Assembly: GCF_000621645.1 (NCBI RefSeq)
Contig: NZ_JHXR01000028.1
Span: forward strand, 1-32,000
Length of the DNA stretch: 32,000 bases
Source: Vibrio cholerae ATCC 14035
GTDB taxonomy: Bacteria > Pseudomonadota > Gammaproteobacteria > Enterobacterales > Vibrionaceae
Direction of reading: 5' to 3'
Shown here in pieces: positions 1 to 7,752 of the stretch. The notes beneath the pieces were generated by a model. That model saw only the letters and a list, made by a program, of their open reading frames with translations. It was not told the DNA's origin and searched no databases. The first letter of the stretch is position 1; every line of letters begins with the position of its first letter. The position numbers were made by a program, and so were the translations under genes.

Positions 1-15
1 TGTGTGATTCATAGA
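1..15. repeat. IS terminal inverted repeat (transposase-distal end)
   Basis: 15/15 reverse-complement match to 1013-1027. Confidence 0.85.
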
Positions 16-992
16 GATGGTTTCAATTTTCTTAGCTGAAGATCGAGCTTGTAATTTTGCTCTTGAAACCGCTCTTTCTTGATCTGGTAGTTCTGAGATA
101 CCTCTTCAGACAAAGGAGTTTGATCAGATATCTCAGTAATCCTGTCTATCGGGGTTAGCCCATTTAACGAGCTGTGGGGCCGTTCCCAGTTGTAGTAGTG
201 TTGCCATTCAGCTAGTAGCAGATCCAGTTCTTGCAGCCCCACAGAGACATCTATGGTCGGATAGAACTCACTTTTATCTGTTTTCTGCGAGCGTTCCACT
301 TTGCCATTCAAGTGAGGTGAGCCAGGCTTATTTGGGCGAAACTTGATCCCATAAATCATGAGTTGTTTCTGGACTTTTTCAGCAAAGAATTCACGCCCTC
401 TGTCCGTCTGAATACGCTGGATAGGAAATGGCATCTCTTCCACGACACAATCGATAAAGTCGACTGTATTTGCTGCTGTGCGCCGAGAGTAGCACCTTAG
501 AACCCGATAGCGAGAGCAATCATCAATAGCTGTATACTGGTAAATTCCAGGCGCTATTTTACACGTGTCCATCTGGACTCTATCACCAGGAATTGGGCGC
601 TCATATCTTTGGAAATCTTTTTTGCGTCGGTAAGTTACGATGGGTTTGACTGATGCTTCGGATAAAACTTTATGGAGTGTCGCTGTGCTTAGGTGTATTT
701 TGTGAAGTCGGATTAATTCCGTTTGTAAACGTCGCGCCCCTAAATTGCGTTTGTCACGCATCGTAAGGATCAATGCTCTTAGCTCATCAGTGAGTTTGGT
801 ATCTGGAGATGAATGAGGGCGTCTGCTCTGGCTTTCCAGACCAGCGATTCCACATTGCTTATATCGCTTAGCCCACTTTCGTAATGTTGGTCTGGAAATA
901 CCACAGCGTCGACATACGAGGCCTGCATCACCACATTCCTCATACATTTTTACCCACTGTAGTCTTTGTTGGATTTCTCTGTCCATAGACAC
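9..992 (-). CDS. IS481-family DDE transposase (HTH + rve integrase core)
   Basis: 327-aa ORF. N-terminal HTH (RCGISRPTLRKWAKRY). DDE-type core with acidic residues in the contexts VQMDTCKI, IQTDRGREF and NGKVERS. Single ORF with no frameshift. The start is GTG at 992 or ATG at 986. Confidence 0.9.
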   Translation of the reverse strand: MSMDREIQQRLQWVKMYEECGDAGLVCRRCGISRPTLRKWAKRYKQCGIAGLESQSRRPHSSPDTKLTDELRALILTMRDKRNLGARRLQTELIRLHKIHLSTATLHKVLSEASVKPIVTYRRKKDFQRYERPIPGDRVQMDTCKIAPGIYQYTAIDDCSRYRVLRCYSRRTAANTVDFIDCVVEEMPFPIQRIQTDRGREFFAEKVQKQLMIYGIKFRPNKPGSPHLNGKVERSQKTDKSEFYPTIDVSVGLQELDLLLAEWQHYYNWERPHSSLNGLTPIDRITEISDQTPLSEEVSQNYQIKKERFQEQNYKLDLQLRKLKPSL

Positions 993-1012
993 CCAGTATA
1001 GTTGAAAGGATG

Positions 1013-1027
1013 TCTATGAATCACACA
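1013..1027. repeat. IS terminal inverted repeat (transposase-proximal end)
   Basis: 15/15 reverse-complement match to 1-15. Confidence 0.85.
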
Positions 1028-1075
1028 TCTAAATCCTTCTAAAAAGCACCATTTTACCGTGGTTTAGGAACGATA

Positions 1076-1105
1076 ACAAAAAGCCAGCTTTCGCTGGCTT
1101 TTTTC
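1076..1105. terminator. Bidirectional rho-independent terminator
   Basis: Stem AAGCCAGC (1081-1088), loop TTTC, stem GCTGGCTT (1093-1100). A T-run follows on the plus strand and an A-run precedes it, which gives a T-run on the minus strand. It lies directly downstream of the minus-strand SgrR-like operon and small ORF. Confidence 0.7.
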
Positions 1106-1152
1106 TTAAAGAACACTTCATTCAAAAGGAATTTAAAAGGTGATGAAATGAA

Positions 1153-1230
1153 TTATTTGTTCTCTGCCATCTCTTTTTTCACCATTACTGCAGCAGCAAC
1201 GATAAAAGCAATGATCAATGCCAGTTCCAC
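1153..1230 (-). CDS. Candidate 25-aa single-pass small membrane peptide (V/M-ELALIIAFIVAAAVMVKKEMAENK)
   Basis: Below the ORF-track size cutoff; hand-translated. GTG start at 1230 is preceded by AGGAGGA (1240-1234). TAA stop at 1155-1153. The hydrophobic core is followed by a charged tail. The terminator at 1076-1105 lies about 50 nt downstream on the same strand. Confidence 0.4.
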   Translation of the reverse strand: MELALIIAFIVAAAVMVKKEMAENK

Positions 1231-1355
1231 TTATCCTCCTAAGCGATTCTACTGAGTTCGCACATAGTCTAGCACTGGGCTTACCGACAAGCAGTGTTTA
1301 TTTTGCGAAACTGGCTAATTAGCGATCGAGATCAAATCCCACGAGTGAGTAAAAG

Positions 1356-3053
1356 CTAGTGTTCTGACAAGTCGGGCTTTACCCAGACTTGGCTAAAATC
1401 GAACCAACCTAGCGCATTGCATTTCGCATTTTGTAATGCACCACACTGATCTTTACTGATACCTAACCAGCAGTGGAACATTGGGATCAGTTGGTGTTTT
1501 TCCACCAGTGATTTCCCCAGTTCTTTCGCAGGGAAGAGCGCAGAAGAGTCAGCACGCCAAGCATCAATCAAACTCACCCACTGATTGAAATCCTCTCCTT
1601 TGCTCAAAAACTCAATATCGGAGTAATTGAGTAACCACCCCGCTAACGCATCATCACGGTGATTAGCAATACCCATTGGCTTAATCCAAATATCCACATT
1701 TTCAGTTTCAACGACCGTGTGTTCATATTTGATGACATTGACTGTGATCCCATCTTGGCTGAGCAATTGTTTAATCGCATTAGCAACAGTCGGAAACATA
1801 GGATGCTGAGCGTGATAGGCAATCGTAAGTTCTTTGGATTCTGGCGGTAACGTTTTTTGCGCTGCCGCTGAGTGGTGATACCACCCGGGTTTTAACCCAT
1901 AGGCTGGCAACACCCCAAGTTCAATGATTTTCTCTTCCGGCAGAAGACGAAACAGGTTGAGCGCATTAAGTTTATCAGTGAGATAGCGCGCCCAATGTTC
2001 ATCTTTGGCAACGCCATTACGACGATTAAGCAGTAAATAGGTGCAGCCGGGATCCAGCTCTACCTCTTCGGTTGATGATCCTCGAGCGGTTTTCATCGGA
2101 TTGGATAAGCTTGGAAAAACCATCGAAGAGTGCACTTCATCAATCACCCAAACTTCAACTCGGTCCAGCAGTGGACGAAAACCAAAGTAGCCATCAAACG
2201 CTTGCAAAACCAAACGTTTTTCATCGTTTAGAACCACTTTGTAGGGCCCCGTTCCTACTGGCATTAAATCAAAATCGGGATTGCGATCGGACTCCGCAGG
2301 GAGGATTTTGGCACAGGCTTCGGCAAGCAACAGCGGTAAGCGGGTATCGGGCTTTTGTAGATGCACATCGACCGCCCAAGGGTAAGGTGAGTCAACTCGG
2401 TCAATATGGGCAAAAAGATTAAGCAACCGTAGCTGCCAAAGATTTTGCACAATCAGTTCGGTGGTGAGGAGATTGCCATTATGAAAGCGCACTCCGGGGC
2501 GTAAGTAAAACCGCCAGTGAGTATCTGATAGCGCCTGCCAAGCGTGTGCTAAATCAGGCTGTAATTGCTCTTCTTCATCAAGACGCGTAAGTCCGCTAAA
2601 CACCTGTCGCGCAATATGCTGTTCAGAGCGGCGCATCGGCTTTTGTGGGTTCAACATCGATAGCTGACGATAGTACGGCAACCTGACAACTTGCAGACCT
2701 TCTTGATGCTGAACGCCAAGATAGCTTTCTATCACTTGAGTTAATTTTGCGGCGTCCTGATCAAGCACGGCAAACGCTTGGCCTATCTTTCCTTCATTGA
2801 GATAACGGCGCGCAAGGTTCTCACTGACATCCGCGCGACTGCGTTTAAAGAGCAGTTGCGAGAGTTTGCCGCGCCCAGCCGCAGGATGCCACTCAATCCA
2901 CCCCTCTTCTTCCATTTTATTGAGAACAATACGCGCATTACGTCGAGTGCAAAAAAGAATATCGGTGACATCTTCCAGTTGGGTTTCAACGTCTTGACCT
3001 TGAAAATGCTCAAAGAGTGTTTCGAACTGTACACGTAAACGCGGGCTGCTCAT
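1356..3053 (-). CDS. SgrR-family transcriptional regulator (SgrR_N winged helix + family-5 solute-binding domain)
   Basis: 565-aa ORF. The N-terminus (RLRVQFETLFEHF...FCTRRNARIVLNKMEEEGWIEWHPAAGRGKLSQLLF) parallels the E. coli SgrR N-terminus. The rest has the length and character of an SBP_bac_5 domain. Confidence 0.85.
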   Translation of the reverse strand: MSSPRLRVQFETLFEHFQGQDVETQLEDVTDILFCTRRNARIVLNKMEEEGWIEWHPAAGRGKLSQLLFKRSRADVSENLARRYLNEGKIGQAFAVLDQDAAKLTQVIESYLGVQHQEGLQVVRLPYYRQLSMLNPQKPMRRSEQHIARQVFSGLTRLDEEEQLQPDLAHAWQALSDTHWRFYLRPGVRFHNGNLLTTELIVQNLWQLRLLNLFAHIDRVDSPYPWAVDVHLQKPDTRLPLLLAEACAKILPAESDRNPDFDLMPVGTGPYKVVLNDEKRLVLQAFDGYFGFRPLLDRVEVWVIDEVHSSMVFPSLSNPMKTARGSSTEEVELDPGCTYLLLNRRNGVAKDEHWARYLTDKLNALNLFRLLPEEKIIELGVLPAYGLKPGWYHHSAAAQKTLPPESKELTIAYHAQHPMFPTVANAIKQLLSQDGITVNVIKYEHTVVETENVDIWIKPMGIANHRDDALAGWLLNYSDIEFLSKGEDFNQWVSLIDAWRADSSALFPAKELGKSLVEKHQLIPMFHCWLGISKDQCGALQNAKCNALGWFDFSQVWVKPDLSEH

Positions 3054-3133
3054 AAAGAGGAAATCTCATCTAACTTCTAATTCTAGACAGTTTCCTTATT
3101 TTGTCAGCTTTAGCAAGCCCACCGCAAAAACTT

Positions 3134-3367
3134 TTAAAGCAAGTCACAACCTAACGTTTGAGCAATGGCGCTCAGTTGCTCTTCATCATCGAGCTTCACT
3201 GACCATTTGCTTTCACTGCCATTGGCTATCATCACATTTGCCCCCTTTCCCATTAGCGTGATGGCCTCCGCTTGGGCTTGCAAGGTAACGCGATTCTCAT
3301 GTCCGAGCCGCACGACAACTTCATGGGGGGTTACAATGATTTTGCCACCGCTAAATTGAATCACCAT
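3134..3367 (-). CDS. Small hypothetical protein (77 aa), family not recognised with certainty
   Basis: The ATG at 3367 abuts the upstream thioesterase stop (TAAATG junction at 3370-3365), which suggests translational coupling. No motif recognised. Confidence 0.6.
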   Translation of the reverse strand: MVIQFSGGKIIVTPHEVVVRLGHENRVTLQAQAEAITLMGKGANVMIANGSESKWSVKLDDEEQLSAIAQTLGCDLL

Positions 3368-3820
3368 TTAAACCTCGGCTACTGGTTTGGCTTGCTTTGG
3401 GCGTGAACGTTTCACCGCGACCGTCAAACGGCTAATACAAACCAGTCGTCCTTGTTCATCTTTGATCTCAATTTGCCACACTTGAGTCGATACCCCGATG
3501 TGCAACGGTACTGCAGTACCCGTCACTAAACCTTCACGCATCGCACGGACATGGTTAGCATTGATATCCAAGCCCACACAGTAAGCGTCTTCACCCACAC
3601 TGAAATTGGCCGCTACTGAACCTAAGGTTTCCGCGAGCACCACCGAAGCGCCACCATGCAACATGCCAAGTGGTTGATGTGTGAAATGGCACACCGGCAT
3701 AGTGGCGGAAATGCTATTTTCTGTCACTTCGGTGTAAATGATATTTAAATGTTCAATTAACGTATTTTTCGATGTGGCATTGAGTGTTTCTAAACTGATG
3801 GGCTTATTCCAAATCGACAT
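3368..3820 (-). CDS. PaaI/hotdog-fold thioesterase, YdiI(MenI)/YbdB(EntH)-like
   Basis: The 150-aa version starting MSIWNKPISLETLNATSKNT... aligns by eye along its length with E. coli YdiI (LDELNATS..., HQPxGxLHGGASxxLAETLGS). The ATG at 3820 has an AGGA-type SD. The 45-codon N-terminal extension in the ORF track (to 3955) has no support. Confidence 0.85.
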   Translation of the reverse strand: MSIWNKPISLETLNATSKNTLIEHLNIIYTEVTENSISATMPVCHFTHQPLGMLHGGASVVLAETLGSVAANFSVGEDAYCVGLDINANHVRAMREGLVTGTAVPLHIGVSTQVWQIEIKDEQGRLVCISRLTVAVKRSRPKQAKPVAEV

Positions 3821-3987
3821 CGCTTGAGTCCTGAACGAGTAAAAGTGGCTCATTGTAACGACTCCATCCAGCGAACACAAAGTCGTGCACCAAGTCTGCG
3901 AAAGTAAAGATGAGGGGATAACATTATGAATGTATGGTGCTAATATAAACGCCATTCATCGATCGCCACAGAAATAAGGACTATAAG

Positions 3988-4779
3988 ATGAAAAAGACGC
4001 AACTGGCGCTCACTTTATTAATGACTCTTGGCTTAGCGGCATGCAGCGCTTCACCGACAGGCCGAAATCAATTGCTACTGTTTTCTGACAACGACATGAG
4101 TCAGCTTGGCGCGAAGTCTTTCACGCAGATGAAACAGGAAATTCCAATCAGTAAAGATGCAAAAACCAATGCGTATGTGCAGTGTGTAACCAAAGCGATT
4201 ACCGCTCAAGTACCCAAGCAAAGTAGTTTTGAGCAATGGGAAGTGGTCGTGTTTGAGAGTGACCAAGTTAACGCGTTTGCCTTGCCGGGTGGGAAAATTG
4301 GGGTATACACGGGTCTACTGAAGGTTGCGGTGAATCAGGACCAGTTAGCGACCGTGATTGGCCATGAAATCGCTCATGTGCTGTCAAACCACAGTAATGA
4401 GCGTTTATCGCAATCACAATTAGCGCATGCCGGCTTACAACTGACGGATATCGCAATTGGGGCATCTGAATATGCGCAATATCGTAATCTGACCATGTCC
4501 GCGCTCGGCGTTGGTGTGCAATACGGGGTAATTTTGCCCTATGGCCGCAGCCAAGAGTCAGAAGCCGATATATTAGGATTGGCCTTGATGGCAAGAGCAG
4601 GCTTTGATCCTTATCAGAGCATTGAGCTTTGGAAAAATATGGCCAAAGCGTCTGGAGGAAAACAGCCGCCTGAGCTGCTTTCGACCCACCCATCACACAG
4701 CACCCGTATCAGCGATTTGAGTGCAACGATCAGTACACTGCCACCACATCAAGGTTCTAAAGCTCAGTGTGCTCTCTAG
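3988..4779 (+). CDS. M48-family Zn metallopeptidase lipoprotein (YcaL-like)
   Basis: Signal peptide with lipobox LGLAAC. HEIAH zinc motif (VIGHEIAHVLSNH) and a downstream ESEAD glutamate. AAGGA SD about 8 nt upstream of the ATG. Confidence 0.85.
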   Translation: MKKTQLALTLLMTLGLAACSASPTGRNQLLLFSDNDMSQLGAKSFTQMKQEIPISKDAKTNAYVQCVTKAITAQVPKQSSFEQWEVVVFESDQVNAFALPGGKIGVYTGLLKVAVNQDQLATVIGHEIAHVLSNHSNERLSQSQLAHAGLQLTDIAIGASEYAQYRNLTMSALGVGVQYGVILPYGRSQESEADILGLALMARAGFDPYQSIELWKNMAKASGGKQPPELLSTHPSHSTRISDLSATISTLPPHQGSKAQCAL

Positions 4780-4890
4780 TTTCTGGTTTTTAATAACGCC
4801 GGTTTTCAGGTGCTCTCGTCTGCTCAATACTGTTTTTATAAAAACGACGAGATTTCAAAAACATAGCGCCTTCATAAAACAAACATCACG

Positions 4891-5373
4891 TCAAAAGAAT
4901 CGGATAGCACTGCGCCCTGATGGGGATTTGCTGTCGCTTTGTGGTGATTTTTTATCGTTCTTGGCTTTTTTTTGTCCAGATACGGTTTTGTTGTTTTTTG
5001 ATGGCTTGGATTTGGCCGAAGTGTTGGCTGAAGACTTCTTCTGCGTTTTTGTCGGCTTGTGCGACGATGCTAGCTCAGGTTGAGTATCGAATGACTCTGG
5101 CTCTGTCACTGGTGCATCACAAATCACCAAATAAAACTCTTGGTTAAATTCAATCAGATCGCCATCAAACACTTTGCAGCGTTTGCGAGTTTCTACATCG
5201 CCATTAACAAACACATAGCCTTCACTGATCACGTGTTTTGCTTCACCACCTCCACTTACGGCATTGGCAATTTTTAACACTTTGTGCAGCTCAATCGGCT
5301 GGCAAGAGACCTCAACACCAATCGCTTCTATTTCGATTTCTTCATCTTGCGGGTTGAATTGCTCGTCGGTCAT
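4891..5373 (-). CDS. S4-like RNA-binding protein (YbcJ family) with a long Lys/Ser-rich C-terminal tail
   Basis: The core HKVLKIANAVSGGGEAKHVISEGYVFVNGDVETRKRCKV matches the E. coli YbcJ S4 fold region (VETRKRCKI). About 70 C-terminal residues are low-complexity K/S/P/T-rich. Confidence 0.75.
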   Translation of the reverse strand: MTDEQFNPQDEEIEIEAIGVEVSCQPIELHKVLKIANAVSGGGEAKHVISEGYVFVNGDVETRKRCKVFDGDLIEFNQEFYLVICDAPVTEPESFDTQPELASSHKPTKTQKKSSANTSAKSKPSKNNKTVSGQKKAKNDKKSPQSDSKSPSGRSAIRFF

Positions 5374-5488
5374 GACACTACTCTCAAAAAATTTTTACGC
5401 AGTTTAGCCTTTTCAAAGTTTTTTACCAACGTCAATCCAAATAGCCACTAAACTAAAGTTAATTACCACTCCTTCAAACAAGGCGACT

Positions 5489-6274
5489 ATGCGCATTGGG
5501 TTACTTTTTGCTTCACTTTGCTTGATGTCGACCTGCCTCCATGCCAAGCCGCAAAGGGTCACCATTTTTGCGGATGATGCTTATCCGCCATACAGTTATG
5601 CTGAAAATGGCCGTGCCGTGGGTATCTATCCTGAAATACTTCGTGCCGCCGATGTTTTGATGACAGAATTTGAGATTGAGTTACAACCCATCCCTTGGCG
5701 ACGTGGGCTCAAGCTACTCGAAGCAGGAAGAATTTTTGCTTTGCTTCCCCCCTATTATTATCCGCAGCGCCGACCTTACATTCATCCTTACTCAGACCCT
5801 ATCCTAGATGAAGAGGTGGTGGTTTTTTGTCAAAACGCATGGCTCAGCAAACGCAAGTCCACCGAATGGCCTCGGGACTTTTACGGTTTAACCATAGGAA
5901 TGAACGATGGATTCAGCCTAGGCGGTCAAGCGTTTTGGAAGGCCGTCGAAGAAAAGAAAATCGAGGTGAAATACGCTAACGGCAATCGCGTCAATCTACT
6001 AAAGTTACGCGGTGACAGAATAGATTGCTATGTCAACGACCGCATCTCGATCTTATGGGAACTCACACGATTAAAGCGTGAGGGCATTGTCGATACCGTT
6101 AACTTTTCCATGGCCGCCAAAATCAGTTTAGAGCAAGGCTATATCGGATTTACCAACCGAAACCTCGAGCAATACCCTTACCAGAGCCAGTTTGTAGCCG
6201 CATTCAACAGCGCTCTTGCAGAGCTAAAAAGCAGCGGCCAACTCGACAAGATTGTTGGCCGCTATATTGAGTAA
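5489..6274 (+). CDS. Periplasmic substrate-binding protein, family 3 (amino-acid-ABC-type), orphan
   Basis: 261 aa. Signal peptide MRIGLLFASLCLMSTCLHA. Size and sequence character of SBP_bac_3. No adjacent permease or ATPase gene. Confidence 0.75.
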   Translation: MRIGLLFASLCLMSTCLHAKPQRVTIFADDAYPPYSYAENGRAVGIYPEILRAADVLMTEFEIELQPIPWRRGLKLLEAGRIFALLPPYYYPQRRPYIHPYSDPILDEEVVVFCQNAWLSKRKSTEWPRDFYGLTIGMNDGFSLGGQAFWKAVEEKKIEVKYANGNRVNLLKLRGDRIDCYVNDRISILWELTRLKREGIVDTVNFSMAAKISLEQGYIGFTNRNLEQYPYQSQFVAAFNSALAELKSSGQLDKIVGRYIE

Positions 6275-6359
6275 TGTGGCTCCCTTACGACGTCAAGCTA
6301 CAGCGGTGTGAGTGTGCAGTAACGTGAGCCGTTTGAGGAACCATCAAATGCCGTGATCT

Positions 6360-7028
6360 TTAGCGTGTTACCATATTGCGGATCTGTTTAGCTCGCTCAT
6401 CATCACTGACGTTACTCGGAGGTGGTACGGTTAACCCTTTCACTACGGCAGGACGCGCAGCGATCTCGTTCATCCAACGCTGTAAATGAGTCAGACCGTC
6501 AATCGAGATCCCACTCCATTCATGGATTCGAACCCATGGAAAGGTCGCGATATCAGCAATCGTGTATTCATCTCCGGCCAAATACGGGTTTTGGGCTAGC
6601 TGGCCATCCATCACTTCAAACAGACGGCGTCCCTCTTTTTGATAACGATCGATAGCTGGTTGGATTTTCTCTGGGAAATAGCGATAAAACACGTTGGCCT
6701 GCCCCATCATCGGCCCCACGCCACTCATTTGAAACATTAACCATTGGATCACTTTGGAGCGCGCTTTGCTTTCTTGGGGTAAGAACTTTCCAGTTTTCTC
6801 TGCGAGATAGAGCAAAATCGCACCCGACTCAAACACCGCAAAATCTTCATTATCACGGTCAACAATCGCCGGAATACGCCCATTTGGGTTAATCGCGGTA
6901 AATGCGGGCTGTTTTTGGTCGTTGTTCGAAAGGTTGAGCGCGTGGGTGGTGTATTCCAAGCCCATCTCTTCCAATGCGATGGCAATTTTGTGACCATTCG
7001 GTGTTGCTGCAGTATAAAAATCAATCAT
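6360..7028 (-). CDS. yfcG: Glutathione S-transferase-family disulfide-bond reductase, YfcG-like
   Basis: 222 aa. [21 protein letters not shown]...[11 protein letters not shown]...[15 protein letters not shown] aligns by eye along its length with E. coli YfcG. AAAGGA SD. There is an 11-bp gap from the upstream GST gene, consistent with an operon. Confidence 0.8.
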   Translation of the reverse strand: MIDFYTAATPNGHKIAIALEEMGLEYTTHALNLSNNDQKQPAFTAINPNGRIPAIVDRDNEDFAVFESGAILLYLAEKTGKFLPQESKARSKVIQWLMFQMSGVGPMMGQANVFYRYFPEKIQPAIDRYQKEGRRLFEVMDGQLAQNPYLAGDEYTIADIATFPWVRIHEWSGISIDGLTHLQRWMNEIAARPAVVKGLTVPPPSNVSDDERAKQIRNMVTR

Positions 7029-7039
7029 AGAAAAATCCT

Positions 7040-7651
7040 TTATTGAAAGGCTGGTCGTTGCGAGAGTTGCTCAAACCAACGAGTGATGTGCGGATAGTGT
7101 TCAAACACAGAAAGTTCGAGCGCTTTTTGGGCGAAACCAATAAAAATGTAGGCGGTAATATCAACAATGGTGAAACGATCTGTGGCAATAAATCGCGACT
7201 GTGCCAATCGCTGCTCAAGTTGTGGCAAAAAGGCTGCCACGCGTGCTTTGCTCTCTTCACCCCACGCGTAAACGCAGTGTTCACGATCTTTATAGATACC
7301 GCTTAGATTTCGAAACGCCTGAAATCCTGCATACAAGCCTTGAAACTCAACCACTCGATGCCACATTTCAACTTGAGCTTGTTCTAATGCTGAATCCCCG
7401 AACAACTTGTGCGTATTGGGATAGGTAAGGTCGAAATAACGACAAATCGCCACACTTTCACACAGTGTTGTACCCTCATCCAGTTCAAGCAGAGGCACTT
7501 TGCCGTTCAGACTTTTGCTTTTAAAGGTATCCGATAAGTTTTCACCACCACGAACGTCCACCTGAACACGCTCAACATCAATGCCTAATTCTTTAAGAAA
7601 AATCGAGACTCTGCGACAGCTTGGCGTCATCGCGGTTTCATATAATTTCAT
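7040..7651 (-). CDS. Glutathione S-transferase family protein
   Basis: 203 aa. GST N-terminal thioredoxin-like region ([23 protein letters not shown]) and a GST C-terminal helical domain. Confidence 0.8.
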   Translation of the reverse strand: MKLYETAMTPSCRRVSIFLKELGIDVERVQVDVRGGENLSDTFKSKSLNGKVPLLELDEGTTLCESVAICRYFDLTYPNTHKLFGDSALEQAQVEMWHRVVEFQGLYAGFQAFRNLSGIYKDREHCVYAWGEESKARVAAFLPQLEQRLAQSRFIATDRFTIVDITAYIFIGFAQKALELSVFEHYPHITRWFEQLSQRPAFQ

Positions 7652-7674
7652 GTTGCTATCCTTAATTCCTTTTT

Positions 7675-7690
7675 CTGAACGATCGTTCTG
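7675..7690. promoter_or_regulatory. Candidate TetR-family operator 1 (palindrome CTGAACGATCGTTCTG; core GAACGATCGTTC is perfect)
   Basis: 12-bp perfect palindrome (14/16 over 16 bp) in the 101-bp divergent GST/TetR intergenic region. It shares the decamer TTTCTGAACG (7672-7681) with operator 2 (7707-7716). Confidence 0.55.
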
Positions 7691-7709
7691 GATATACTCT
7701 ACGCAGTTT

Positions 7710-7721
7710 CTGAACGTTCAG
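7710..7721. promoter_or_regulatory. Candidate TetR-family operator 2 (perfect palindrome CTGAACGTTCAG)
   Basis: 12-bp perfect palindrome, 32 nt upstream of the TetR ATG. It has the same half-site (CTGAAC) as operator 1. A TATACT hexamer (7693-7698) lies between the two sites. Confidence 0.55.
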
Positions 7722-7752
7722 TCAAGAATAGATTTAAGCAACCGAGTTTACA

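Larger units (their letters stand above)
1..1027 (-). mobile_element. Complete IS481-family insertion sequence (1027 bp)
   Basis: TGTGTGATTCATAGA at 1-15 is the exact reverse complement of TCTATGAATCACACA at 1013-1027 (TGT...ACA termini). A single 327-aa HTH+rve transposase ORF fills the interior, and its stop codon (9-11) lies inside the terminal repeat. The left flank is outside the window, so the target-site duplication cannot be checked. Confidence 0.85.

Noticed and set aside
1148-1258. Plus-strand 36-codon ORF (MNYLFSAISFFTITAAATIKAMINASSTYPPKRFY) overlapping the minus-strand 25-codon ORF
   Set aside because: It has a weaker SD (GGTGA). The terminator lies upstream of it rather than downstream, and no terminator follows it. 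The minus-strand frame fits the operon direction better. The plus-strand frame is not fully excluded.
3821-3955. 45-codon N-terminal extension of the thioesterase ORF in the six-frame track
   Set aside because: The extension has no similarity to the YdiI/YbdB family N-terminus. The internal ATG at 3820 has an SD and reproduces the family's native N-terminus (MSIWNK...LNATS).
4813-4854. TCTCGTC/GACGAGA stem with an internal GTTTTTATAAAAAC palindrome between the convergent M48 and S4 genes, considered as a bidirectional terminator
   Set aside because: The 7-bp stem encloses a loop of about 26 nt, and the inner AT palindrome is too weak. No convincing U-tract is positioned after a stable stem. 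It is left uncalled.
4721-5147. Plus-strand ORFs (120 aa and 75 aa) opposite the S4-protein tail
   Set aside because: They mirror the low-complexity Lys-codon run (AAA/AAG giving TTT/CTT) and so encode Phe/Leu-rich artefacts. The S4 frame has a recognisable domain.
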